Assembly: GCA_044233745.1 (NCBI GenBank)
Contig: JBIIJN010000005.1
Coordinates: 223 to 64,222, forward strand
DNA from: Crocinitomicaceae bacterium
Lineage (GTDB): Bacteria > Bacteroidota > Bacteroidia > Flavobacteriales_D > Crocinitomicaceae
Length of the DNA stretch: 64,000 bases
Reading direction: 5' to 3'
In this document: positions 41,555-51,573 of the stretch, one piece after another
Numbering within the stretch: position 1 is the first letter of the stretch
Layout of the letters: each line of letters starts with the position of its first letter
The notes under the pieces: model-generated
Told to the model about the DNA's origin: nothing
Seen by the model: only the letters and a program-made list of their open reading frames with translations
The model's database searches: none
Translations under genes and position numbers: made by a program

Positions 41555-41667
41555 GAGTAAAATGTGTTTAATTATTAATGAATGTTTTTCAATGAATGAT
41601 TTGAAAAGCGCTACGAAAATACTAAAATAAATAGCTTATAGGCAAATCAAAACGAGCAATTGTTCAT

Positions 41668-41698
41668 AAAAAAAGCCCGCTGCAAAATAGCAGCAGGC
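41668..41698 (-). terminator. intrinsic terminator downstream of the lipocalin-like gene
   Basis: On the minus strand, GCCUGCUGC-UAUUUU-GCAGCGGGC is followed by U7. Confidence 0.65.
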
Positions 41699-41720
41699 TT
41701 GAAGAATAGATTGCGCGAAT

Positions 41721-42113
41721 TTATTGTTTTACGTACTCTGTGGTAATTTGATTACTACCATCACTATACTTCAGTTTCAAGTTGCTTTTGTCTAAAGATT
41801 CAATCGTTGATTCTTGTAGGGTAATTGTTCCCGCGGCATTTTTGGTAACCAAGGTTTTTCCGTCATCTTGAACCAAATACTTGTAGTTGATGGTTTGTGA
41901 ACCTGTTTGAGCAGATACATCACAAATCTCATCCGTTTTCAATTTGCAAGAAGTGAAAGTTAGAACTGTTGCTTGTGCATCCGGAACAACTTGTCCATTG
42001 TATTTGCTCAATTTCCACTGGCCATCAAGTTTTTTCACTACTTGTTGATTTTTGTTACAGCTCACTGCAAGAAACGCGAGCATAAGTCCCATCAATAAAA
42101 TTCTTGTTTTCAT
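41721..42113 (-). CDS. lipocalin-like lipoprotein
   Basis: Lipoprotein signal LAVSC followed by KLDGQWKL, the typical start of a lipocalin-like domain. Confidence 0.5.
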   Translation of the reverse strand: MKTRILLMGLMLAFLAVSCNKNQQVVKKLDGQWKLSKYNGQVVPDAQATVLTFTSCKLKTDEICDVSAQTGSQTINYKYLVQDDGKTLVTKNAAGTITLQESTIESLDKSNLKLKYSDGSNQITTEYVKQ

Positions 42114-42167
42114 ATTTGATTTTTTTTGTGCTAAGGTAAGTTATTTCCCGTTCAGTTGCCAATATTC

Positions 42168-42196
42168 AAAAAAAAAGGTTGCCAAAACTGACAACC
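42168..42196 (-). terminator. duplicate copy of the tRNA-fMet terminator
   Basis: On the minus strand, GGUUGUC-AGUUUU-GGCAACC is followed by U9. It is identical to the hairpin at 42550-42569. Confidence 0.65.
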
Positions 42197-42203
42197 TTCT
42201 TAG

Positions 42204-42259
42204 TAGCGGGGGCCCGACTCGAACGGACGTCCGTCAGCTGACGGATATGAGTCCGTCGA
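42204..42259 (-). pseudogene. partial tRNA-fMet copy (T-arm and 3' acceptor strand exact; diverged anticodon-arm-like hairpin; no D-arm or 5' acceptor)
   Basis: 42204-42229 is identical to the 3' part of the tRNA at 42577-42602. Upstream of it lies GACGGA-CUCAUA-UCCGUC, which keeps CAU in the loop. Confidence 0.75.
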
Positions 42260-42521
42260 TCATTTTGGGTAAGATTTGGGATTTAATGAAGTCTCTTCCC
42301 CTGGATGATTTGAGCTCAAGTTCTCTCTTTGCCGCACATTTCTTATCTTGAAAAAATTCGACATGAACAACCATCCAGGGTCTAAATTTAATGGTGTACC
42401 CTTTAGTGGATAAAGAGTTATGGCTTTTAAAGCGATCAATTAAAGATGTAGTGTACCCAATATAAATTTTTTCATACCTTACAGCATATAAAACATAAAC
42501 TACAAAATCGTCGTTTATCAT
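42234..42521 (-). CDS. GIY-YIG nuclease family protein (UPF0213/COG2827-like)
   Basis: The 95-aa sequence YVLYAVRYEKIYIGYTTSLIDRFKSHN...KFRPWMVVHVEFF...AAKRELELKS fits the small GIY-YIG family. Confidence 0.85.
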   Translation of the reverse strand: MINDDFVVYVLYAVRYEKIYIGYTTSLIDRFKSHNSLSTKGYTIKFRPWMVVHVEFFQDKKCAAKRELELKSSRGRDFIKSQILPKMIDGLISVS

Positions 42522-42542
42522 TTGAATAAATTTAAATTAAAC

Positions 42543-42569
42543 AAAAAAAGGTTGCCAAAACTGACAACC
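42543..42569 (-). terminator. intrinsic terminator of tRNA-fMet
   Basis: 7-bp stem hairpin followed by U7 on the minus strand, immediately 3' of the tRNA. Confidence 0.7.
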
Positions 42570-42576
42570 TTCTTAG

Positions 42577-42649
<73 letters not shown>

Positions 42650-42699
42650 ATGTATGTTGAGATAAATCTCTTTCCGAACACCATTCGTGTTTCGGAGTG

Positions 42700-42729
42700 C
42701 AAAGATACAAAGTTCTTCGTGTAAAGCAA
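42700..42729 (-). promoter_or_regulatory. Bacteroidota sigma-A promoter for tRNA-fMet (TTG-N19-TATCTTTG)
   Basis: The minus strand has TTG at 42729-42727 and TATCTTTG at 42707-42700, with exactly 19 nt between them. It lies about 50 nt upstream of the tRNA 5' end. Confidence 0.6.
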
Positions 42730-42764
42730 GTTCTAATTGATGTTTTTTTCAATTATGGCAAATA

Positions 42765-44159
42765 TCACTTCCCTTTTGCTTTGAAAATAATCAATAAGGT
42801 ATAAAACATAATCTTGAAATCGAGCGCCAATGACATGTTTTTGATGTAGAGCAAATCAAATTTCATGCGGTCGAGCATTTGGTCTACGTTTTCAGCATAG
42901 CCGTATTTGACCTGTCCCCAAGAGGTGATACCCGGTCTGATTTTGGTCAGCTCGAGGTATTGAGGTTCGCGTACCACAATTTGGTCGATGTAGAACTGCC
43001 GTTCAGGGCGTGGACCCACCAGGGACATATCGCCCAAAATCACATTCAAAAACTGAGGAAATTCATCGAGCCTAAGTTTGCGCATAATTCTTCCCGCAGG
43101 TGTTATCCTGGGGTCGTCTTCGCTAGAAAGTTGAGGGCCATTTTGTTCCGCATTGATATACATGGTTCGGAACTTGATTATTTTGAAAGGACTTCCTTTT
43201 TTACCAATGCGTTCTTGAAGGAAGAAAATCGGACCTTTTGAAGATGATTTCACCCAAATCGCTAATACCAAATAGAGTGGAATGAGCACGATGAAAGCAA
43301 CAGTAGAAACCAAAACATCGATAATTCTTTTCAGGTGTTGTTGCCAAATGGGCATCGGATCGCCATTTACCTCAATGAGCAGCGTGCCGAATATGTTGTT
43401 CATCTTTACCGATCCCGACAAAATATCATACATATCTGGAATCAATTTGATGCTGATTTCGTAGGGTGAAAGTGTAGAAACGAGCTGACGCAATTTTTCG
43501 TGCTCCGATGTGTCGAGTGCAATGATTACTTCCTCAATTTGCATTTGCTCGATGGTTTCTTTGATGTTTTCAGCGTGACCCAAATAGGGCAGTTCATCTT
43601 TGAGCTGGGTGTCGATGCCGTTTAGATTCACGAAGCCTACAAAGTTGTGCCCCATGCTTTTAGGTAAATTCTTGATTTCCCGATATATAGAAATGGCCTT
43701 TTCGCTTCCGCCAACCAGCAGGGTGTTGAAACCGAATTTACCGTTTTGAATTGACTTTACATAAGAAGTAATCAAAATGAATCGAGGAATGAGCGTGATT
43801 ATAAAATGCAACAAGAAAAGTGCGAGAAGCGACTTGTAATAGGTTTGATAGGTTTGCACTTCGTCGTCCAATAAAAAGGCAAAAAACAATACAATGGTGC
43901 CAATAAGCGATGCGGCCAAAGTTTGGGACACTATTTTGAAGCGATGCAGTCTGAGCACGTCTTTGTAGGTGCCAATAATACCGTAAATTAGAATCCAAAA
44001 CAAAGGGATAAGCACCACGCCGAGCCAAAAACGGTCGTTTGCCAAAAATTCCATAGATTCAATTTCTGTTTTTCTGAAATAGAAAAACATAGACCAAGCA
44101 ATTGCTCCGGTCATATAATCCATGAAAATAAATCCGCGTTTGGCTATGGTTTTTCTCAT
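42765..44159 (-). CDS. polyprenyl glycosylphosphotransferase (WbaP/sugar transferase family)
   Basis: N-terminal TM helices. The C-terminal bacterial sugar transferase domain reads KFRTM...DPRITPAGRIMRKLRLDEFPQFLNVILGDMSLVGPRP. Confidence 0.85.
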   Translation of the reverse strand: MRKTIAKRGFIFMDYMTGAIAWSMFFYFRKTEIESMEFLANDRFWLGVVLIPLFWILIYGIIGTYKDVLRLHRFKIVSQTLAASLIGTIVLFFAFLLDDEVQTYQTYYKSLLALFLLHFIITLIPRFILITSYVKSIQNGKFGFNTLLVGGSEKAISIYREIKNLPKSMGHNFVGFVNLNGIDTQLKDELPYLGHAENIKETIEQMQIEEVIIALDTSEHEKLRQLVSTLSPYEISIKLIPDMYDILSGSVKMNNIFGTLLIEVNGDPMPIWQQHLKRIIDVLVSTVAFIVLIPLYLVLAIWVKSSSKGPIFFLQERIGKKGSPFKIIKFRTMYINAEQNGPQLSSEDDPRITPAGRIMRKLRLDEFPQFLNVILGDMSLVGPRPERQFYIDQIVVREPQYLELTKIRPGITSWGQVKYGYAENVDQMLDRMKFDLLYIKNMSLALDFKIMFYTLLIIFKAKGK

Positions 44160-45059
44160 CTATCTATATACCAATTTGATGTTGTCGATGGCTACAAATG
44201 ATTCAGATAAATCGCTTTCGCGTATTGCAGACAACATCAGCTTGTATGTGCTGCCCCAGCCTGAGGCTGCCAAAAATGGTTTTAATTCGATGTACATTTT
44301 TTTCCAAACGACTTGTTCAGATTTTTGAGCCACAATCAATACATGTTGAAAAGTATTGATTCCCAAAGGGCCAACAGACCTGATTCCAGTTTGTATAGAA
44401 TTGGTGTTGTAAAAATCGATTTCGAGGTAGGCTTCGTTATTTGGATTCAAAGCCCAATCTGGTGTGGTAGTGGCATCCCAAAGATTGATTTCAGAGTTGA
44501 GTGCAACGTAACCAAAAAAGCTGCCATTTCTCGGCGTTAGTATATTGGGATTGTTAGATTTGATAATATCCACCTGTGATAAACCAGATGATTCCATTTG
44601 CAAGGAAGCATCTTCAAAGTCTTCATACCACACCTGCGTTGTATTGTAATATTTGGTCTTTGGTGCCACATGCACGGTATCTAATCGGGTGAGATTAATC
44701 GCTTCAATGTGATGCTCTACAAAAGGATAGCGCGTTTTTGCTCCAGATTGCCCATTTTTTCTCACCGCGGGTATGAGTTGAAGGTTGTGTGCGCCTTCGA
44801 TATTTAACGGTATTGTGCAAGGAAGTGGAAACACACCATAAATTTGCCCATCGATATAAACGTAAACATCTAGAAATGCATGAGTCAGCTGACCATAAAC
44901 GATGTTTGTATTGTTTTCTAGGGTGAATTCGCTGATGTGCAAATAGCTTGGAGGTGGAATATCTTTCCCACATCTACTGAGCGTCAATAAGATAGCGAAT
45001 AAGTAGAGAATTCTCATAGGTTTGTGTGCAAGGGTAATTAAAAACGAAACGCTAAACAT
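44160..45059 (-). CDS. hypothetical lipoprotein
   Basis: ORF whose stop directly abuts the sugar transferase start. The internal start MRILYLFAILLTLSRC (45017) gives a lipoprotein signal. Confidence 0.45.
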   Translation of the reverse strand: MFSVSFLITLAHKPMRILYLFAILLTLSRCGKDIPPPSYLHISEFTLENNTNIVYGQLTHAFLDVYVYIDGQIYGVFPLPCTIPLNIEGAHNLQLIPAVRKNGQSGAKTRYPFVEHHIEAINLTRLDTVHVAPKTKYYNTTQVWYEDFEDASLQMESSGLSQVDIIKSNNPNILTPRNGSFFGYVALNSEINLWDATTTPDWALNPNNEAYLEIDFYNTNSIQTGIRSVGPLGINTFQHVLIVAQKSEQVVWKKMYIELKPFLAASGWGSTYKLMLSAIRESDLSESFVAIDNIKLVYR

Positions 45060-45087
45060 TTTTGTTTTATTGTGTGACCAGCTGTTA

Positions 45088-46056
45088 TTAGCTGAGTTTT
45101 TCTAAAATTCGATGTGCTACTTGAAGTGCTGCGAAGCCATCTTCAATTGATACGATAGGAATTGTTTTGTTGCTAATGGCTTTTCCGAAACTTGAAAGCT
45201 CTTCTTTAATGGCATTGTTGGCTACAATTTCTGGTTTATCGAACATGATTTTTTTGCTTGGTTTGCCTGCTCCCAAATCCATAATCATATCGAATGGGTC
45301 GGGCTCACCTTGCACATCTTCCATAGTGATTACCTCCATTTCTTTACTCAAGAAATCAACGCTGATGTAGGCGTTCTTTTGAAAGAATCTGCTTTTGCGC
45401 ATGTTTTTCAACGAAATTCTAGAAGTGGTTAGATTGGCCACACAGCCGTTTTCAAATTCGAGTCTGGCATTGGCAATATCGTGAGAGTCGCTAACCACGG
45501 CAACTCCAGAGGCAGAAATATGTACAACGGGCGATTGAACAACGCTTAAAATGACATCAATATCGTGAATCATCAAGTCCAAAACAACCGGCACATCGCA
45601 ACCACGCGGATTGAATTGAGCCAAACGATGGGTTTCGATAAACATAGGCTCGCCAAAATAGGGTTGAGCAGCTAAAAATGCTGGATTGAAACGCTCCACA
45701 TGACCTACTTGAACAATGCGTTTTTTTTCTTGCGCGATTTCCATCAATTTTCGACCTTCTTCGAGTGTTTCTGTAAGCGGTTTTTCAATGAAAACGTGTT
45801 TGCCCGCTTCAAGCGCTTCTTTTGCACAAGTAAAATGCGTTATGGTTGGGGTTACAATGTCCACCGCATCAACCTCCTCGAGCAATTCAGCTATTGTTTC
45901 AAATCTATGCAAACCAAATTCGGATGCAGCGAAATTCGCATTGTCATCGTTGGGGTCGTAAAATCCTACCAAGTCAAACTGGTCCACAAGTTCTTTAAGA
46001 AGTCTGATGTGGATTTTACCTAGATGTCCTGCTCCCAAAACGCCAATTCGAATCAT
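45088..46056 (-). CDS. Gfo/Idh/MocA family oxidoreductase
   Basis: N-terminal Rossmann motif IRIGVLGAGHLGKIH and a typical C-terminal domain. Confidence 0.85.
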   Translation of the reverse strand: MIRIGVLGAGHLGKIHIRLLKELVDQFDLVGFYDPNDDNANFAASEFGLHRFETIAELLEEVDAVDIVTPTITHFTCAKEALEAGKHVFIEKPLTETLEEGRKLMEIAQEKKRIVQVGHVERFNPAFLAAQPYFGEPMFIETHRLAQFNPRGCDVPVVLDLMIHDIDVILSVVQSPVVHISASGVAVVSDSHDIANARLEFENGCVANLTTSRISLKNMRKSRFFQKNAYISVDFLSKEMEVITMEDVQGEPDPFDMIMDLGAGKPSKKIMFDKPEIVANNAIKEELSSFGKAISNKTIPIVSIEDGFAALQVAHRILEKLS

Positions 46057-46116
46057 GTGCTTTTCTAATTTCGCGCAAATATAGGGAATTGTTGCTTTCT
46101 GCGGAATGGAATATGG

Positions 46117-46704
46117 CTAAAGTGATTTGTACATGGCTTTCCACTCATCGGAGCTTGCCGATTGAAGCAATTTCCACATATTTTCTCCCTCAAAAAAGTT
46201 CACATTGATGTTGTATACACCAAACTCTGAATGGAGATAAATTTGTTGATTTTTACTGGGCATATAAGTGTTGTTGGCCCAACCGAATGCGCCTCGCTGA
46301 TGGGGTAATTCTCTGTAGCGAATTTTCCAAATGGTATCTAAAATAGGGCAGTGGAGTCTATTTCGATCGTCGTAGCCCCACAAAATATTGTGTTTTTCAA
46401 ATAGATTTTCTTGTTGAATATTGGGTTTCATTTTCCAACGACCTTGAGCAATGTAAACAAAGTCTTGCCTATTGATGTGCCTATGCGATTTGCTCCCATC
46501 TGCCTCTTCGGTGATGATTACATAAGTCATGTCGTATCCAATAGTGCTTAAAGAAAGTAAAATTCCGAAATAGCTCTTCGTAGAAATGCTTGCGCTCATG
46601 CTATTGGTTTGTGAAGCGGGAAGCAAAAATGCCAGTGCCAAACAAACAAACAAAACCAGAAAGCGATATGAAGCTGTTGTATTCAATAAACTGTTGATTT
46701 GCAC
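46117..46704 (-). CDS. hypothetical exported protein
   Basis: 195-aa ORF with an N-terminal hydrophobic segment and no recognisable motif. Confidence 0.4.
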   Translation of the reverse strand: MQINSLLNTTASYRFLVLFVCLALAFLLPASQTNSMSASISTKSYFGILLSLSTIGYDMTYVIITEEADGSKSHRHINRQDFVYIAQGRWKMKPNIQQENLFEKHNILWGYDDRNRLHCPILDTIWKIRYRELPHQRGAFGWANNTYMPSKNQQIYLHSEFGVYNINVNFFEGENMWKLLQSASSDEWKAMYKSL

Positions 46705-46745
46705 AAATTTAATGAGTTAAACGCAAATCAACAAAGAAGGTTGTA

Positions 46746-47501
46746 CTATTCTATAACAGGAGCTGTTGATTCAGCATTTGATTGGGCCTTAGCCTCTTTC
46801 TTGGCTTTTTTGGTTTTCTTCTTTTTGATTTTTTTAATCATCGTGTCAATAGATAAATCGTATTTGGCTGTAACAATGATACGATCTTGACTGTTTGGAT
46901 TTACACGGTCCTCATAAATAACACGCAGACCAATTGTGTTTCCAAATTTTAGTTCTTTTTCTACGCCAATTTGATAACGCATGCGGTGCCATTCTAAGGT
47001 CGAATAGCGCATCCTGAAAAATATTTCGCTCGATGCAAAAACACTTACTGTTGTATTGGGAATGGTATAATCGATGCCTATTTTTTGACGAAAATATTGT
47101 CTTGGAGCCCGCACTTGATTCATGAAGTAGGGGTCGAAATAAACGGTTGAAAATTGATAACGCGTTCGTGCCGACAGGGAAAAATGTTCGAATTTATGTC
47201 TGTAGCTCAAAGAAACCATAAATCTGTGTGGATTCCATTGGGGCGTAGTGGTATATCGATATCCTAATTCAATGCTCAGCGGTTTGATGATCTTGTATGC
47301 TGTGGACAATTGAATGTGACTGGATCGAAAACGCGTCATATTGTTATCCAAAGTGAATCGATAATCCAATTCAGTTTTCCAATTTTTATTGAATTTGTAG
47401 CTGATAGTGGGATTGATTCTGAGGAACCCGTCCGTGTTTTGACTTAGAATTTTACCGGTACAAAGGAGTCCAAGCGATATGAATGCGAGCCATCTATTCA
47501 T
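46746..47501 (-). CDS. DUF2490-like outer-membrane beta-barrel protein with Lys-rich tail
   Basis: Signal peptide and an alternating aromatic/polar beta-strand pattern. It overlaps the upstream gene by 8 nt. The family name is from memory. Confidence 0.5.
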   Translation of the reverse strand: MNRWLAFISLGLLCTGKILSQNTDGFLRINPTISYKFNKNWKTELDYRFTLDNNMTRFRSSHIQLSTAYKIIKPLSIELGYRYTTTPQWNPHRFMVSLSYRHKFEHFSLSARTRYQFSTVYFDPYFMNQVRAPRQYFRQKIGIDYTIPNTTVSVFASSEIFFRMRYSTLEWHRMRYQIGVEKELKFGNTIGLRVIYEDRVNPNSQDRIIVTAKYDLSIDTMIKKIKKKKTKKAKKEAKAQSNAESTAPVIE

Positions 47502-48129
47502 AACCAGATGTAGGTAGCTTACTTTCGCTTTCCATGGAGTAATAATAGGCTTTGATGAGCGCAGTATCTTTCAGGTAGTTGATGGTCACAATTTCAACCT
47601 TATGAATGTCAAGTCCCGTGCGTTCTTTTAAATCGGCAATTAGCAGACTGTTTTGTTCTGGTTTGATAAGTTGTACGTTGTCGTAAACAATTTCTTTGAC
47701 GTTTTCATTGTTGATGAAGTTGAGTTGCTCCAAGAAGAACGTGAGTGCAAGAATTACTAAGTTACACACAACCAAGATGATAAATCCTTCTCCAATTGTT
47801 GCCAATGAATTTAGCATTCCCAGGGCGACACAAACGAAAAAATACCCCATATCTTTAATAGATACTACTATGGTTCTGTATCGAATAATCGAGAAAATAG
47901 CAAACAAGCCAAAGGCAAAACCCATGTTAATTTTGGCAGCACCTAATAAATAACAGATCATGAAGTTAATGACGTTAAACAAAACAAAGGTGAAGATGAA
48001 GTCTTTGTTTTTGTGCTTGCGGTAGTAGATAAAGCCAACAAGAATTACAATGGCGAAAATATCTATCAGCGCGCGCATTGAAAAATCATAAGTATCGAAT
48101 ATGGGTGTTATCGTTATTTCTGGTTCCAT
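47494..48129 (-). CDS. DUF4956-like membrane protein
   Basis: Four hydrophobic helices and a soluble C-terminus. It sits 3 nt downstream of the VTC-domain gene. Confidence 0.6.
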   Translation of the reverse strand: MEPEITITPIFDTYDFSMRALIDIFAIVILVGFIYYRKHKNKDFIFTFVLFNVINFMICYLLGAAKINMGFAFGLFAIFSIIRYRTIVVSIKDMGYFFVCVALGMLNSLATIGEGFIILVVCNLVILALTFFLEQLNFINNENVKEIVYDNVQLIKPEQNSLLIADLKERTGLDIHKVEIVTINYLKDTALIKAYYYSMESESKLPTSGYE

Positions 48130-48132
48130 GAT

Positions 48133-48882
48133 TTAAGGTTTATTTAAAGTTCTCAAAAGTGGTAAAAAATTGTTTTTGCGAATGTCTTTTTTTAAAGAAA
48201 TTATTCCGAAAACATATTTACTAAAGCTTTTCTCTCTTATGTTATTGTGTTTCAAAATTTCCGTAATGTTCGATCGACCGTTGGATCTAGATTGTTTGAT
48301 TTCCAAAACGAAAAAATCATTCAGTTCTTTGATATTTACTCCATCGTCAAAAACCAAATTAAAATCTAGGGTAATACGTTCAGAAAAATCTGCTTTCACA
48401 AAAGTGATTCGTCGAAAGTTGTTTTTCAATGTTAATTGTAGGCCTTCAGTTGATTTCCTTGTAAAGCTCTGAACCGTTTTTTTGGCAACGTCGCTGAGCG
48501 TTTGCAATATATCGTCAACTGATTCGCGGTATTTAAAAGTACGATCTATTTTTTCTTTTCGTTTGATTTCAAAAAAACTGGTGTTTGTTTCCACATACTT
48601 TCTGCTGCGCACTTTGATTCTATGCACATAGCCGTTGTGGTGATTGAAATAAAACTGCAAGTCTTTGGTGTCAAAATAGTTGTTCTCGTAAGTGAAGATA
48701 CGATGTCCTTCTATTTCTAAAATTTTGTACTCTTTTTGTAATTCGTTAATGATGAGTTGAAGTCCTTCTCGTTTGAGCACATATTTTCTGTCGATTCTGT
48801 CGAGCAAAGCAACAGAATCCAATTCAGCCAAAGAAATTGGCGTCATTTTCCAACAAAAGCTCATGAATTCTTCGTTCATCAA
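48133..48882 (-). CDS. VTC-domain (polyphosphate polymerase-like) protein
   Basis: 249 aa with the pattern DRIDRKY...YFDT...HHNG...RIKVRSRKY...FFEIKRK, typical of bacterial VTC-domain proteins. Confidence 0.65.
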   Translation of the reverse strand: MMNEEFMSFCWKMTPISLAELDSVALLDRIDRKYVLKREGLQLIINELQKEYKILEIEGHRIFTYENNYFDTKDLQFYFNHHNGYVHRIKVRSRKYVETNTSFFEIKRKEKIDRTFKYRESVDDILQTLSDVAKKTVQSFTRKSTEGLQLTLKNNFRRITFVKADFSERITLDFNLVFDDGVNIKELNDFFVLEIKQSRSNGRSNITEILKHNNIREKSFSKYVFGIISLKKDIRKNNFLPLLRTLNKP

Positions 48883-48888
48883 AATCGA

Positions 48889-49278
48889 TTAAAATGTGAT
48901 TTCAATGTCTGGGGCAACAACTACCTCCTTTTTTGCTGTAATCTCGATAGTAATCAAGTCGAACATTTGATCCCAATCACAATTATCGCAATCGCCAAAT
49001 GCCCAAAGGTCATATTTCCCTACCTGTAAATAATCGAATTGATAGGAACCATCGTATGATGTTCTAATATCATCAAAATATTGTGTTGAACCATGTTTAG
49101 AAATATAAACTCTGACATCACCGATATAATCTTCGCTTGAGAGATTACCATTGGGTGTATAATCGCGTCCATATACCTTACCTGAAATAGAGGCTTTTCC
49201 TCCATATCCTTCCATCTTGCCACAAGATAACAAGGTAACAGTTAATAAGCTGAACAAAGCCAGATATAGTGTTTTCAT
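48889..49278 (-). CDS. small lipoprotein (carboxypeptidase-regulatory-like beta sandwich, tentative)
   Basis: Lipoprotein signal LLSCG followed by ISGKVYGRDY, a beta-sandwich-like start. Confidence 0.45.
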   Translation of the reverse strand: MKTLYLALFSLLTVTLLSCGKMEGYGGKASISGKVYGRDYTPNGNLSSEDYIGDVRVYISKHGSTQYFDDIRTSYDGSYQFDYLQVGKYDLWAFGDCDNCDWDQMFDLITIEITAKKEVVVAPDIEITF

Positions 49279-49517
49279 AATGGGTGGTTAATAGGGTTTT
49301 AGCGTCGCAAAGCTATTCAAATATCCTAATGTTAAGTAATTTTTTTTTAAATGTTAAATTTTGTCACTTTATTTTTCTTTCAAAAATCGAATTTTTGTTA
49401 TCGAAATTCAAATAATTGAAGTAAAAACCTACTTTTCATGGGCTTGATGAATAGGTACGCAGCGAAGGTAGCTACAATTTATATACTTTTGCACGGCAAT
49501 TAAAATCGTATTATTAC

Positions 49518-50789
49518 ATGTTGGAAATTCAAAGAATAAGGAAAGACCGTGACGCGCTGATTGAAGGGCTCAAAAAGAGGAATTTTGATGCAGCTGATTT
49601 ATTGGACCAAGTGATAGAAAAAGATGGTGCATGGAGGTTGAAAAAATCTGAAATGGATGAACTTTTGGCTAAAATGAATCAGCTAGCCAAACAAATAGGC
49701 GAGTTGTTCAAGTCGGGCAAAAAAGATGAGGCAGAAGGATTACGTGCTCAAACTCAGACTTTGAAGGAAAACGAGCAGGTTTTGAAAACGGAGGTCAGCG
49801 CATTGGAAGATGAAATTCGAGACTTGTTGTATCAAATTCCCAATGTGCCAAAAGCCATAGTTCCAGCTGGAAAATCAGAAAAAGACAATGAGGTTGTTTT
49901 GGAATCTGGAACGATTCCAACGCTCGGTTCAGATGCCGTTCCACATTGGGATTTGACTACGAAATATGACTTGATCGACTTTGAATTGGGGGTAAAAGTG
50001 ACCGGTGCGGGCTTCCCTATTTACAAAGGAAAAGGAGCTAAATTGCAACGCGCACTGATTAACTTCTTTTTGGATGAAGCCGAAAAAGCTGGATACCGCG
50101 AATTTATTCCGCCTCTTGTCGTGAATCAAGCGAGTGGTATAGGCACAGGACAATTGCCTGATAAAGAGGGGCAAATGTATCATATAGGTATTGATGATTT
50201 GTATCTGATTCCCACAGCAGAGGTTCCGCTGACCAATATTTACCGCGATGTGCTACTGCCCAATGACGACTTTTCAATAAAAATTGCTGGTTACACGCCT
50301 TGCTTTAGAAGAGAAGCAGGTTCTTATGGTAAAGATGTGCGCGGACTCAACCGTTTGCATCAATTCGACAAGGTAGAAATTGTGCGTTTTGAGCATCCTG
50401 ATCGCTCCGAAATTGCCCATGAAGAAATGCTCGAACACGTCAAAAATTTGTTGAATAAGTTGGAATTGCCGTACCGTATTCTTCGACTCTGTGGTGGCGA
50501 CACAGGATTTGCTTCTGCCCTAACATATGATTTTGAAGTATATTCAACAGCACAAAATCGTTGGTTGGAGGTATCGTCTGTTTCAAATTTTGAAACTTTT
50601 CAATCCAATCGTTTGAAATTGAGATTTAAAACCTCAGATGGCAAAACGCAATTGGCGCATACTTTAAATGGTAGTGCTTTGGCCTTGCCTCGAATTGTGG
50701 CCGCGCTACTTGAAAACAACCAAAAACCAGATGGAATTATTATTCCCGAAGTTTTGCGTTCTTATTGTGGCTTCGATATAATTGACTAA
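49518..50789 (+). CDS. serS: seryl-tRNA synthetase
   Basis: Coiled-coil N-terminal arm and class II core motifs (CFRREAGS, GSALALPR). Confidence 0.95.
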   Translation: MLEIQRIRKDRDALIEGLKKRNFDAADLLDQVIEKDGAWRLKKSEMDELLAKMNQLAKQIGELFKSGKKDEAEGLRAQTQTLKENEQVLKTEVSALEDEIRDLLYQIPNVPKAIVPAGKSEKDNEVVLESGTIPTLGSDAVPHWDLTTKYDLIDFELGVKVTGAGFPIYKGKGAKLQRALINFFLDEAEKAGYREFIPPLVVNQASGIGTGQLPDKEGQMYHIGIDDLYLIPTAEVPLTNIYRDVLLPNDDFSIKIAGYTPCFRREAGSYGKDVRGLNRLHQFDKVEIVRFEHPDRSEIAHEEMLEHVKNLLNKLELPYRILRLCGGDTGFASALTYDFEVYSTAQNRWLEVSSVSNFETFQSNRLKLRFKTSDGKTQLAHTLNGSALALPRIVAALLENNQKPDGIIIPEVLRSYCGFDIID

Positions 50790-51015
50790 TTTGGTGTGTT
50801 TTTTGATAGTTCTCGTCAAATTTAGAGTATGAAATAGCCATGCAAAAGTATCGCGCACCTGCGAAGCAAGCAACGCAGTTAACCACCGATGAAAAGAACA
50901 TGGCGATTCACTTCGTTGCTGCTAACGCGGTCCATATGACCTTTAAAAGACAACTAAGCAAAGCGCTCTCGTGAGCACCTTGATAAAAAACAAATAGCGA
51001 ATAAATTATTTACAT

Positions 51016-51573
51016 ATGAATAAAATTACCCTTTTATGGCTTTTGGCACCGCTTTTTGCTGCTGTTTCTTGCCTAGATACAGAGCGCAAAGGTTATTTTG
51101 CTGAAATCGACAAAATGTTGAATACGATAGACAGCCTAGAGCAATTGCATCAGGGCCTACCCAATGATAGTTTTTCAATTATCAAGGAGGAAGCGTTGAA
51201 TATTGAAAAGGATGTCAAGTCTTATTTCATGGAAGACACCGTTGACTTTGAATTTGCCAGAAAAATGAATCGTTTGCGGGGCATCAGAAAAGGCAGCGAT
51301 TTTATAGCCATGCGCCGAAGCTTTTTGGATACGGTGTTTCAGTTCCAACGTGAGCAGTTGCTAACCCTGCGCGGAGATATTGAAAATGGTTCAGGCCAAC
51401 GCGATCAATACCGCAGTTTTGTTGATGCTGAAAAAGAAAATGTGAGCAAGATTGCTGCTGCTTTCAAGGATTATAACTTGCGATTCGGCGCCATGCGTTC
51501 TGAATATTATGATATAGCAGATGTAATAAGAGAACGCATTAAACCGTTTAAAGAAAAAGCCCTTCAACAATGA
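51016..51573 (+). CDS. hypothetical lipoprotein
   Basis: Lipoprotein signal FAAVSC. It overlaps the next gene by 4 nt (ATGA). Confidence 0.5.
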   Translation: MNKITLLWLLAPLFAAVSCLDTERKGYFAEIDKMLNTIDSLEQLHQGLPNDSFSIIKEEALNIEKDVKSYFMEDTVDFEFARKMNRLRGIRKGSDFIAMRRSFLDTVFQFQREQLLTLRGDIENGSGQRDQYRSFVDAEKENVSKIAAAFKDYNLRFGAMRSEYYDIADVIRERIKPFKEKALQQ

